In this document: in pieces, positions 51,732-64,000 of the stretch | How positions within the stretch are numbered: position 1 is the stretch's first letter | Layout of the letters: each line of letters opens with the position of its first letter | Assembly (NCBI GenBank): GCA_013265495.1 | Contig: MU058337.1 | Location: 3,502,686 to 3,566,685 of the forward strand | Length of the DNA: 64,000 nucleotides | DNA from: Vicugna vicugna | Taxonomy: Eukaryota | Direction of reading: 5' to 3' | The notes under the pieces: generated by a model | Databases searched by the model: none | What the model was told of the DNA's origin: nothing | Seen by the model: only the letters and a program-made list of their open reading frames with translations | Position numbers and translations under genes: made by a program

Positions 51732-54700
51732 CAAAAATGAGCCTTAGCCAATTTGTCAACGCGTGTTAGTGTTCCCTATGTACACGCTTGTGACATTTTT
51801 CTACACCACAGATATAAGCTATAATTATTTTGGTTACATCTGTTGATAGCTTTACTGGATGCATCTGAGGCATGTATTTTTTCAGGAGTAACATTTTTTC
51901 AGGAAACAAAATGCTGCTATGAGCAAAGAACATCCTCTACTTCAAGCAGATGGGCAGGGCAGGGGGTTGGTGTGCTGGATAAAATTACCTGGAAGCCGTC
52001 CTTGGTGATGGGACTCACTGCATCCACGTCACTAACACAGATACCACGCTCATCATAGAAAGATATATGGTGCTGCTTTAAAGCGGCTTTTCAAAGACCT
52101 TGGCCCTCTGCCCGCTCATTCATTGCAGTCATACCCAATTGTTGAGAAATCTGGTCACAGTTTTGTTTATTTCCGTTCAGTGCCTCTCAATGCCATAATT
52201 CCAACACAGCACAAATTAACCTGCTGTACTCAGGAAAGGAGAGTTGAGGTCTCTTCCAGGAATGCATTCTCCCTCATTTTCCGTCTGCCATTGCCTTTCC
52301 AGGGCTACAAATATCTCTCACTCCATGGAGTAAATGGTCTTATACTTTAGAAGCGTGTTCATAAAGTTTCTGTGACAGTCACCTTGGCCGTGCTGAGAAT
52401 GACAAGCCCTGTTCTACAACATAATAGTGACACTGTTGTAAGGCAAACCCAGTGACTACCTCTGGCACATACGCTGCTCCTAATAGATTTCCGTGACTCG
52501 TGATGTCAGCAGATGCCCTGATGGACTCGCAGATCTCTGTCACAATGCTGACTGTGATTTCTGTTCCCTCTCTCTTCCAGGTTACTCTGCACAACACAGG
52601 AAGACAGACCAGCCTCGGCAAACACGGCTTCATTTCTCATCCACTCGATAAGAAACTTTATTGGTCTTGCCGTTTTGAGCGAAAAGCCAGGTGGAAGTGA
52701 AAAATAAAATGATTACCAACTGCTGTTTCATCTTCATTTTATTTATTTATTTGGATGGGGTGGAGTGGGAAATAGCAGAATAGTACCCGGAGGTAAATAC
52801 TAAAACCTGTTACTTCTTTTTCATTTAGAAACAACCGGATGGCAAATAGAATGAATTGTATAACCACAGACAAGCAGCTAGCCAGGAACATCACTGGGGC
52901 ATAGATTTCCTGCTATCCTGTGAGTCCCAGAGGTTAGGATTGAACCATTTACTTTACAAATTCGTGCACTTGCAAAATAACAGACACTATATCCCTCAAT
53001 AAACACAAAGTTCATCCATTTGTTGAATATGTTTTTATTTCCTCTTCATGGAGTTCCCACTCCTTTCTACCAGGCTTAACTCAGATAATCTGCAATTAAA
53101 CTTTGATCTGTAGTTGCGTAAAATTTCATGTGATACATTAAAAACTCACTTACTTATCTAAAATCAATATTTTACAGCATTTAAGTTTTTTACAAAAAAT
53201 ATGGAAAGGCTTTATATATATAGGGTATTGAAGTGCTTATAAAGACTGATCTTAACAGTGCCAAGAGGCTATGTTACTGCAAATATACAAAATAATCAGT
53301 TTAATAAATAACAATTCATGAATGATTTAATACACAATATAACTGACTTATATTTGCAGAATATTGTATTTATATCTTCTTGGAATTTATACTCTAATTC
53401 ACAGATGATGCCTGAAAGAAAACTTTTTCTTGACACTTAATACTGTTGTCATATTTTATCATAAATTAATCTAAAATGTGCGATATGACATTTTTATTTA
53501 CCCATCGCATCTTTCATGAAATTGAGTTCCTGGATTTCTCCATTCTGAATCTGACTCTAAATACTGAGAGTTCTAATCAGCATCTAAACACTACTCACAA
53601 ACACATAATCAGGACCAGAGTCACCCTGCGTCAGCCAACTCATGGGCCACCTGCTCTGTCCTTAGACTTTGTACAAAATGTTCAAAGTCTAGAGGCTCTT
53701 TCTAGACTCTTCCTGAGTCCCTAAACTAATTTAGATTTTGGTAAGTTAGATTTCTGCATAAAGATCATTGTAAGTTTCCCAGGGCGGGAGTGTAGGCTGG
53801 GTGCTAATATTTAGAATGGTGTAACTTTTTTCTTATTGATTGCAACACAACAATAACTCAAACTCTTTGAGTTTATGCTAAATGTAATCTTATCTCAACT
53901 GAATCGAAAGTCAAGTCCTAGGTTAAGGAATGGCATAGGATACACTCAAGTGCAAAATCAGCACGTCCTTAAAAACGACAGGTATGAGACAGGCTGTTTT
54001 CTGATGGACTGAGCAAGGGAAAGGAAACTCATAGAGATACGGATATCTTCAAGAGAAAACAGGATGATTTTGATATGTCATGCTGCTCATTGCCAGATAA
54101 AATAGATAGTCTGATTAATTGTATTTCTCAGATTAGCAAAGATTTAAGAGATGGACAGGGCACACAGCCGGGAAACCAACAAACCCGACCCTGATCCTCT
54201 GAGCAAACTTTTAGACTTTGACGCTGACACCTGCTGGGCGACTTTGTGGAGATCAGTTCGTCTCTCCTTGTCTATTTTTATTGCAGCTTATCATTACATT
54301 GATGAATGTGCTTCTCTTTCTTACTGAGATATTGTGAAGGAATTCTAATTCACAGTGAAACCACAAAATATCTATACAATTGCCGTATAGAATGACCTTG
54401 GACTTTCATGTAATTTTTATCCAGAATGAAGCCTTAGGAGCCCTGATGCTAAGGTTTACCATTCATAAAAAGTAATTTCAAAATACCAAAGAAATAAAAG
54501 CTAAACAGAAAATCTGATCCTCCGGCATCCTCCTGCTCAACAACTTTTCTAGCGAAGAAACTAGTGCTGCCTTGCTTTGTGGTTTCGATACTAAAAAAAT
54601 AGAGAGGCTTCTCTCTGTGCAGGACCAGCCATCACCTGCAACACGGGACACCACGCTCACTGCCTCACGGTGTCTTCTCCCTTCTCCCCTCGTCGGGGGC

Positions 54701-55280
54701 TGAGGCTGACATGCTCTCAGCAGCAGTGGGCTCAGGGAGAAGAGGCCAGGGTGGGCACTGCAAAGCTTTACTTCCCTCCTTCCCCCTCTACTCCTGTTTT
54801 CTTCCTTCATTTCTCAGGGAAACTGCTTTTTCCCTTAACAACCTTCACGCACCTTAATGTTCTCCATCTTTTCCATTAAACCCTAAGTGGAAGTTACCAG
54901 AAATGTCACTGTCAGTTCTTTCTAACATGGAAAGAAGCGAAGTTGTGAGAGGGAAAGAAAGAGAAAGAAAGAGCAAACACTTTTCTCTTTCACCACAAAT
55001 ATCAAGACCTGCCTTCTCTGATGTATTTCAATAAAGAAACAAAACTTTCAAAATGTCTGCAAAATAAATGCAAATGATTATAAATGCTTTTGAATACACC
55101 TCATGTTTAAATGAAAATGGTAGTCTGTATCATTCACTTTATTTATAATTGGTTACTTCTTTTTTAAAAATTACGTGAAAAATACCAGGCACCTAAAATT
55201 TCAAATTTTCTACTGAAATAATGATATTATGGTCTTTTAAACATTTTTAAAAGCTTATTTTATATATTTACTAATTATTC

Positions 55281-55335
55281 GGGTGGAGGTAATTAACTTT
55301 ATTTATTTATTATTATTACTTTTACTGGAGGTACT
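55281..55335 (-). mobile_element. vic-1-type SINE, 3' part (split by LTR)
   Basis: Reverse complement agtacctccagtaaaa...aataaataaagttaattacctccaccc matches the tail of the copy at 20115. Confidence 0.88.
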
Positions 55336-55808
55336 TGTGAACGAAAATACTGCAACCACATCAATAAACAAAGAATGCTGAAACCAAGTCATCAGCAGCT
55401 GCTGCCACCCCCCAGTGAGGACAGGCCTGCAGCCCTGCTCTGCAGCCACTCACAGTGGTGCCCTCTGAGCGGACTCAGAATAAGAAAGGACAGGACACTG
55501 GCCCTAGATAGCTAGGTGCTTGTCTAAGGAATGAATTCAATGAGCCCAAATGTTTGCTCCCTCCCATACATAGAAAAGCGCTAAATTCTTTAACTTGAGA
55601 TGCCTGGTTTTCTTCAGATAACAAGCAATCTTTTAATGTTCCAACTACCTGGTCTTTGTTGTAAAGCTCCTATATGTCCTAGCTCCTCCCCTACCTCTTC
55701 GGAGCAGACCCTCGGAGCCATCTGAGAGGCTGCCATCCCGGCTCGAGTCCTCCCATCTAATAAAACAAAACTGTCAACTTTCAGGCTGCACATTTATTTC
55801 AGTCGACA
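55336..55808 (+). mobile_element. ERV1-like solo LTR (473 bp) inserted in a SINE
   Basis: TG...CA termini (tgtgaacgaaaa...ttcagtcgaca); TATAT at 55671; AATAAA at 55759-55764; 4-bp TSD tact (55332-55335) / tcct (55809-55812). Confidence 0.9.
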
Positions 55809-55878
55809 TCCTGGGGACTGGACCCTGGACCTCGTGCAGGCTAAGCACGCACTCTACCACTGAGCGATATCCTCCCCC
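55809..55878 (-). mobile_element. vic-1-type SINE, 5' tRNA-Ala part (split by LTR)
   Basis: Reverse complement gggggaggatatcgctcagtggtagagtgcgtgcttagcctgcacgaggtccagggtccagtccccag. Confidence 0.9.
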
Positions 55879-55999
55879 TAGGATTACGTTTTCATTTAAC
55901 AAGCTTTACTTTATATCTCTTTCTATTTTTTTTTAATCAATTAAGTGTGGCGAACGAGGACAGGTGTACTGGAGTACACACACACACACAGCACCAGAG

Positions 56000-56460
56000 C
56001 CTCCCTGGGAATTAGACACCATCTCTCTTCCCAAAGTCTTTGAGTATTTCCTTAGCTCTCGGAGCAAAAGCTACCTACAAAGCTCATCATAATCTCCTCT
56101 CTCGGCCCTCCCTCCACGCCCCCACTTTTAACTAGGTAACCTTACCTGCTCCTACTGTCTCCCTGCTCCTCCAGCTCCTGACCTTGACCACGACCTTTAA
56201 CATCAGCTCACCTGGGACTGTTGAGTATCGGTCCCACTCAGTGCATTGTTCCTGAGCTGTACTCTTCACCCACCCGTCACCCTCCATCCACACCTTTTCG
56301 CCTCCTTCAGGTCCTGACTTAACTGCTCCATTCTTCAGTGAAGCCTCCCCAGCAGCTCTACTTTAAATTTGAATAGCCTTCCTTCCACACTCTTTAGGGC
56401 TCCTAGCCTCCTGCGAGCCTTCTTTGTTTCCCTAGAGAGCGTCCTTTCATGTGCTTGTGG
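56000..56460 (+). mobile_element. L2 fragment
   Basis: Pyrimidine-rich; ctccttcaggtcctgacttaactgctccattcttcagtgaagcctcccc is an L2 motif. Confidence 0.55.
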
Positions 56461-58079
56461 ATCTGTCCTGCTGTTTTCTATCAAAGCAAGATGACTCAAA
56501 CTCACAAATGTCCCTGTTGGAGAAAACATGACGGAGCCATTCTTCTTATAACTAACTCGACACAGACATTTGGTTGAAATATAAAGTGCTTTTCTTCGGC
56601 TGAAGTCAAAAATGGAAATTACTTAGTGAAACGAGCATTGAATGGGAATCTTGTGTGCATATCACTAAATTTGCATTGAATAAAGTCACCCAAAAACTTG
56701 GAAACTTAAGTGACAATCATGTCTTTCTCTGTCACTTAGCCTTTCGGCTGCAGTGCATTTAGGGGTAATTACAGTACAATTATTCACCTGCATCAAATTT
56801 GAGGGTCCCGCCTAATCTTTACTTTACAAAGGATACTGGACTCATGATGGATGGCATAGTAATTATCAAACTCTTCAATCTTGTTCAAAATAAATAAACG
56901 CCCAAATAAACAAACATCAGAAAAACAGAGCCAGTTCCTGCTAACTACAGGCAAATGGAAAACTCTTGGAAGAAACAATGCACTTTGACAAAAAATAATT
57001 CTAAAAAGGAGCTTCAAATATCCTCAAAACCAATCATAATTTCTATTTTTATTCTGCAACTCCAATATCCATGAAATGATTAAACTGGAAAAAAAAAATC
57101 AACCAAGAATTTAGCTAACAAAATATTATAAAACTCTCTAACCAAATCAGTGCAGTATTATATACAAAACTCTCCTCAGTTGCAAATTTAAGATATATCT
57201 AATAACCCAAGGATGTCATTTCTCACAGTCCAAAAATAGACTGGGATGCAAAAATGTTAATAATACCTGTTAACTAATTATCCGCCTTTGTCAATTATTT
57301 TCCCCATTTATTCTCGAATAAGGTAATTTCACATAGTTGCCTTATGTTTACCCAGTCATTTTTACGTATATGCATTTGTTAAGCCTATAAAATTAACTTC
57401 TGGCTTACATTTAACTTGAAAGATAAAACAGCGTCAAATATGTGACATATGTATAATTACTGAAATTTTTATTTTATATAGTGAGGTATTATTTACAACA
57501 GAATGTTAAATAGTACTATTTAGTTTAGTTTAGCATGTGTTTGAATTTTCAACAAATTAAACACATACAAATAATTCTGTTTTGAAAACTCAAATGAAGA
57601 TTCATATTCCTGGTTACTGCTGAGCCAACCTCTTTTCTCTTATAGGGGTCATAAATCTCACTGAAGAAGATTTAGTTACATCGATATATTGTTTTTATGT
57701 GGTCTTTTGGGCTTAGGATAAAGAATAACAAAATGATATTGATTTAATTCAAGCGAGTTAAATCTTCTATGACCTTGTTTCTCAACCAAGTGAAATGTTC
57801 ATGACTTCTAGATCAATCTATTGCCAAACGAATCCACATCTGTTCTTAAAATTTGAAGTACAAATGGATAATAAAATGAACTTTATTTTCTGGAGAATTA
57901 GATTATACACCCATTTTTATTTCCTTTTTATGAGCTCTCATTTATTCAACGGCACTGCTAACCCTATAATCACATTCACTCAATATAAATTTTAAGTAAC
58001 TTCAAATTTTTCAAGGAATAGGTTGATATAGACCTGAAACAAGCCATTGGTCGTGAATACAGAACAGAACTGGGGCAGG

Positions 58080-58310
58080 AAATAGTAAATATAGAGATAA
58101 GGAAGCAAATATAAAATAGACTGAGGAACTGACTTGGTAAAATATGGTGACCAGTCTTTGAAAGCATAAAACTGGAACAGGAAAGAGGCAAGAATAACAG
58201 AGACGTAGATGCTAGGTGAGTATTGCTGCTGCTGCTGGAACTAACTGAGAGGACACAGGCAGTGGAATAGACTTGACGAAAAAAATAAACCTGGTTTTAG
58301 ACTGACAGTA
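58080..58310 (-). mobile_element. Probable L2 fragment
   Basis: Purine-rich; aactaactgagaggacacagg...tggttttagac. Confidence 0.35.
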
Positions 58311-59969
58311 CGGTGCACAGCTTGGGATAGAACCGTATACTTTGAAACTACAGCGTGGTTGATGACTTCTGCTTCTTTTGTGTCAAATCCTTAGTTCAGT
58401 CCTTGGATTCAGGATAATCTTCTGTCAAGATGGAATATTCACTTCTTTCTATCAAAGAGCAATGCTAACAGATGTACATAGATGTATAAAAGGGAAAGGA
58501 ATTAAGTATGGCAACATTAGCACCTACTCAACGACTGTTTTGATATCTATATCACCTCAGGAAAAGTCAAATCATTTATATAAAGTAACTACCCGTACAT
58601 CTAAATATTTTTGAGCTAAAATAAAGTTTTTTTAAACATTGGTCTAATTTAGCCTAATAAACACAGCACATAGAACTCCCCATGTTATAGAAGAGACCCC
58701 AGTATGCTATAGGAACACAACTTCTAAAATGTGAGCCACAAGTTACTCCAGATGGAAAAGGAAACACGCCTCAGTAAGTGCCCATCTCCTGAAGCCAGTG
58801 CTTTTACGTCTAAATTGATATCTCCTCTTCCCAAAGCTCAAATGACCATGACACCGAGACTTGAGTTTCTGACTCCTCACTGGGACAGCTGTTTTTTCCA
58901 GCCTTCATTCCACAAAGGGGCTGCACTTGGCACTACTGGTAATTACTGGCCCGCTCTACCCATCCTCTCAAGGAAAGGTACTTGGTGCTTCTTGTAGCTC
59001 ATCCAATTAGTAGTCCCCATTATTCTTCTTAGATTTTGGGCTAATTTTTAAGAGTCTGGAAGATGATTAATATTAAAGCAACTTACAAACTACCAAATAC
59101 TATACAACCTGGGGAATCTTCTCTTTCACACCCTGGCCTGTATCCAGGAATCTGACTGCTGTGGACAAATCAGTGGAATCCCTTGCCCTCTGGCGTCTGG
59201 TTGGTTTGGCCAGTGGAGAATCCCCAAAGACAGCAAAGGTGTGTCCACAGGCTGCCTGAACCCCTTACACAATGGCCACCTCTTCAGCCTGGACACGTGC
59301 ATGAACATCTTCCAGCCTGTTGTTAATTGCTCCCTCCTCACACCGTCCATCCTACTGTGGTAGTAAGCTTCACTGTTGCCAAGGTACTGAAAATCTTTTC
59401 TGTTTCTCAATACCTTACTCATTCTTAAATATTATTTTATCAAACTATCATCCAATTTCTCAATGTGTTTGTGCCATCTGTTTTCTGCTGGGACCCTGAC
59501 AGATACAAGCAGCTGTCTTTCCTTGTCTTTTCTTTTCCTTTCTTTTCCCTTCTCTCTTTTTTTTTCTTTTTTGTATCTTTTTCCTTTTCTTTCTTTGTCT
59601 TTCTTCATTCTTTCCAGTTGATTTCTATTTCACTCCATGGAAGAGAGCTGACCAAACCAATGGCCAAGAAGTATAGAAACTTAAAATTTATTATTTCAAG
59701 AGAAAAGAAAGATATAATTTTATAAGAAATAGAGACATCACTTAATGGAATTTGATGTCTTGTAATAGATGGGCTGCCATTTACCAGAGGTGTTCATGGT
59801 GAAGCTCCGTAGCCACGGTCAAGGATGTTGTTACAGGCAACAAGCTGACTTGGAGATGGTCCTGTATCATTGCTTTCAGTTCTAAAATTTTGATTTCCCA
59901 AACAATATTGTCCAATAATTTCAGATTGCACAAGAGATTTTTTTCAAATGTTTTGAAAATCAAATGCCA

Positions 59970-61250
59970 AACTGTCTAGAAATAAACCTATATATTTACA
60001 ATCAGTTGATTTCTGACTATTCAAAAGGGAGGAACAATCTCTTCAACAATAGGGACTGGGACAACTGGATTACCACACACAAAGAACAGAGTTGCACCTC
60101 TTCTGGAGAGCAAATTAAAAAATTAACTAAAAATGGATCAAAGACCTAGATGTAACCACTAAAAATATACAAAACCTTAAAAGAAACTAAAGGAGTAAAT
60201 CTTTATGACCTTGGATTTGATAAAGAATTTTTAGAAAGGACATCAGAAGCACAAGAAACGAAATTTAAAGCTAGGTAAATTGGACTCAACAAAATCAAAA
60301 ATTATTGTGCAACAAGGGGCACGATCAAGAAAGAAAAAGATAACCCACAAAATGGGAGAAAATATTTTCAAACCATATATATTTTGAGTCAAGTATCCAG
60401 TATATATAGAGATTTCTTACAGTTCAACAACAAAATATAAACCACCCAAGTGAAAAAAAAGTGAATAGATATCTCTCTGAAGAAGATATATAAATGGCAA
60501 ACACATGTATAAAAATATGCTCAACGTAATCAGTTATTAGAGAAATGCAAATCAGAATCACAATGAAATATCAGTTAAATGCACTAAGATGACTATACTT
60601 TTTGAAAAATCTACAACAGAAAAGAACAAGGCATTGGTGAGCACCTGAAGAAATAGGATCCCTCACGTGCTGTCGGTGGGAATGTAAAATAGAATTGCCA
60701 TATGACCCAGGAAGTCCACTCCTAGCTATATCCCTCAAAGAACTGAAAACAGGTATTCGAACAAAGACTTACGCATATATGTACACGGTCACAGTATTCC
60801 TAACAGACAAAGGAGGAAAACCACCCAAATGCCCATCAAAAGATGGATGGATAAACAAAAAGTGATGTAACCACACAGCAGAATATCATTCATCCAACAA
60901 AGGAAAGAATTCTGATGTGTGCAACTGAGAAAATATTAAATGAAATGCAAAATGAAACAGACCAGGCGCAAGGACCACAAGTTGTACGATTCCATGTAAA
61001 TCAAGTATCCAGAATAGGTAAATCTGTAGAGACAGAAAGCTGTTGTTGCCAGGAGCTAAGGGGAAGAGGGAATGTGGACGCAGTGACTGCTTAATGTGCT
61101 GGGAGCTTCCTTTTAGTGTGATGAAAATGTCTTGGAACTGGATAAAGGTGATGGTTACACAGCTTTCTGAATGTTTTAAATACTGGTGAATTTATACTTT
61201 AAAATGGTTATTTTTTTGTTATGTGAATTTTACATATATTTTAAAAAATG
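59970..61250 (+). mobile_element. 5'-truncated L1MB-like element
   Basis: ctagaaataaacc...aaaatggatcaaagacctagatgtaa...; 3'UTR gtgatgaaaatgtcttggaactggataaaggtgatggttacacag...ttatgtgaattttac; small internal deletion near 60690. Confidence 0.9.
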
Positions 61251-62799
61251 ATAATAAATACTCAATCCATGTAAATTAGAACCAGTTTCTATGTTAGTTT
61301 TCTAACCTGGTTCAAAACCTTCACAGAGCACATAAATAAAAGGTAACCTTTCTCAATGGAAATAGACATCCTTGTTTTTTTTAAAAAAAGGCATCTTTTT
61401 TGAACATAATAATGTATGTCTTTATTCAGATACATAGAGGATAAATTAAAGTAAAATACTTGCTATTTTATAGTATATTCTAATGTAAAATACAAGATCA
61501 AATGCAAGTTTTAAGAAATCAATCAACTAAATTTCAGGAATGCTAGTGTGATCGTTTATATTCTTTTATATTTCACTTTTTCAGTGGTTAATCAAATTCT
61601 CAATTCACCTTGATTATTTGTGAAATACAGTTAAGCTGGAACTCATTTTTCTTTCTCCTGAGTTACATGTTTAAGTTCAGCTACAAGTTTAAAAAAAACA
61701 TGTTTTCAAACATAACGCTACTATTTGTAGCTGGTTTATACCTAAAATTTTCTGTAATTTAATGATGTACTAGGATTGGTTCAATAATTACTTCATATTA
61801 CATCCCTGGTTTCAACATACAAAGAATGTGCAGTAAAGCATTTAAAATCCACAGACAAGAAGGAATGCGTGACAGCTTTCTCTGTATTCCTTCCCAGCAG
61901 TTTTAATTGTCCCCCACGATGGGCTCACGTCTATCTAAGTGCTGACCTCGGTCTGGTTCACAAGTCAAAGCCATTCTAGAGACTGACTCCAGGATCTGCT
62001 TGGTTTCTTTAAACCTGCCATTTAGATAGACCTTCCCTAAGAACCCATTAGATGTTTTTTTCTTTTCTTTTCTTTTTTTACACTGGATGACTTAAGACAA
62101 TGATGAACAAGGCATGGCAAATGTTTTCAGATTCACGGTCTGGTAGAAGTGAAAGACAAGTAACTTCACCCTAATAAAATGGAATACCTTTTTAAATATC
62201 TGAGGGAGAAAACAGTTCCCCGTTCACCGGAGATACATGAGAAACGCATAGCTAGAGGAAATGCACAGAGGAAACACGTCATGAAATGACTCTCAAGTGA
62301 TGCGTACGGCGGCAGGTTCAAGCTGGCTTACCCACTTACACTCTAAGCGGTCCCTCTCCTTTCATTCAGTGCTGATCTTTTGAACTATGCTGCTGTACCT
62401 GGACATCTGGTCCTGATGTGGACTCCGGAATCCTCACTGGCTTCCTGCTGGGGGGCCTTACCTTTAACCAGACTGTCAGGATCTATCAGCCGTGAGTAGC
62501 CCAGTCAGACTCCAGGTGAGGCTTTCCTCATCTTCTCGTCCTGTAGGCAAGTGGGGCTTCACCTGCAAAAGGGAGTCATGTCATTCCTTTGAATGAACAA
62601 AGTTGTGACATCCAACACTCTGTGGCTTTGTTTCTTACTATATACTCCATATCCCTACCAAACAAATATGAAAGTCCTAAATTGCAAGACAAATTTTTCC
62701 TTATCCTCAATGGCAGTGTCCTCAACAGGGAGTTTTTTAAATTTGATTTCATTCTCTTCCTTCTTCAACTTTTTCACTTCCTCTTCTCTTTGCAGAAAT

Positions 62800-63080
62800 C
62801 ACATGTCATCAGGGTGGAATTCAGATGCTACCTCCTCTGTGAGACTTCTATCAAGTACTCTCACCCTGCTTAGGACTGCTCCTACCGCCCCTTACAGCAG
62901 TTGGTATTCGATCATTGCTTTTGTCATTGTCCAACTTACTACGTAAGTATCTGCCCTTCCTATATAGGCTAGAAGAAGTATGTGAGCAGGGGTTATTCTT
63001 TATTCTTGTATTCTGTAAGAATTCTAATATCTATTAACTGTTCCTTGAGTCCATCCATTCTTTTGTTCATTGAATAAATA
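62800..63080 (+). mobile_element. L2 3' end
   Basis: ttcagatgctacctcctctgtgagacttct...tgtgagcagggg...tcattgaataaat. Confidence 0.55.
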
Positions 63081-64000
63081 CGAATTATTCCATATATATG
63101 TATGTATCTTCCTGGTAGTGAACTGAATTGAATTGTAACGTCTAGTACAGAAGGCAGTAGATTTTGTTTGTTTGTTTAGTAAGTTAATGGGGGAGAATAT
63201 AAAAATACAGGGCTTTTCCCCCACTTAAATCCAAAAATAATATACAACGAGATTTCTGGGCTCAAAGGGGAGAATCCAGGGCTTTATAATAAACCTTGTC
63301 ATTCAGCATAATAATACAAAAACCACAAAACCCTGTGCTTTTAAGATCCCAGTGCTTCTTGTTCAAATGTCATTTTAATTCTCAAATCAATTCCATGTGT
63401 TAATACGTTGGGATGAAGAGGTCCCACTGCTCTGCCCTTGAGGAGTTATGGGCATGTCTCTATTGCTTGAAATTCCAGACTGAAAACTGAAGTGTCCCAG
63501 AATGCTTTCAACAACAAAAAAATCTGATGCAGCTGTGTTTTTGATGCTTAAAAAAGGATCTTGTCATTGATTGTTTATATAGAAGACATTTTAGAAAGCT
63601 TGCACTTCCTCAGGCTTCAGGTCCCTGAAGAAAACAAAGGCCAAAGGCTGAAATAGAAGCAGCCTAGAGGTGGAAACGCTTACGGCTCTTGTCCTCCGTT
63701 GGGCTGAAGAGATCCAACATCCAGTGCTTTTTCCCTGGCTGACTACGCGGGCTAAGTCATCGGTGTATACATTTCATGTGGAGGTTCTGGCTTCCCAGGG
63801 TAAAGTAGGAGAAAAAAACATCTCAAAGGCAATCCCCAGAGGAAAAGTAAACTGTGGAATAATTTTCAGCATCCTCATATCAGAGGTAGCAGCATAGAGT
63901 TAAGGCTGACGAAAACACAGTGAAAATCAGTTGAGTCATGAAGGAAACCATTCTCTTCAGTAAACACAGGAAGAATGTGCTGTCCTCTAAATGCAGGAGT

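Noticed and set aside
59785..59880. Minus-strand exon-like segment beside the L1
   Set aside because: Weak acceptor and donor; no recognisable peptide
1..64000. CRISPR arrays, operons, rRNA or other prokaryotic/phage systems
   Set aside because: No regularly spaced repeats or gene-dense ORFs; the repeat content is clearly mammalian

Overview
AT-rich mammalian nuclear DNA, very probably from a camelid (camel, alpaca or llama). Evidence is three tRNA-Ala(AGC)-derived vic-1-type SINEs, a camelid-type L1 3' end, and no recognisable Alu, CHR or Bov SINEs. I recognise no protein-coding gene, so the window looks intergenic or intronic. The only protein-like ORFs are broken L1 ORF2 pieces (28.9-30.8 kb). 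The rest is old repeats (MIR, L2, L1M, MLT1/MLT2, LTR16, MER33, MER2, hAT fragments), two ERV solo LTRs, microsatellites and repeat-poor unique stretches with clustered developmental transcription-factor motifs. I found no convincing new biological system. Best leads: a solo LTR nested inside a vic-1 SINE (55281-55878); candidate enhancers (2.4, 13.3, 22.7, 45.5 and 56.8 kb); exon-shaped segments, including a possible TATA-to-polyA two-exon ncRNA (49.7-52.7 kb); and a perfect 25-bp hairpin at 35948. Repeat family names come from recalled consensus sequences, not a database search, and old-repeat boundaries are approximate.
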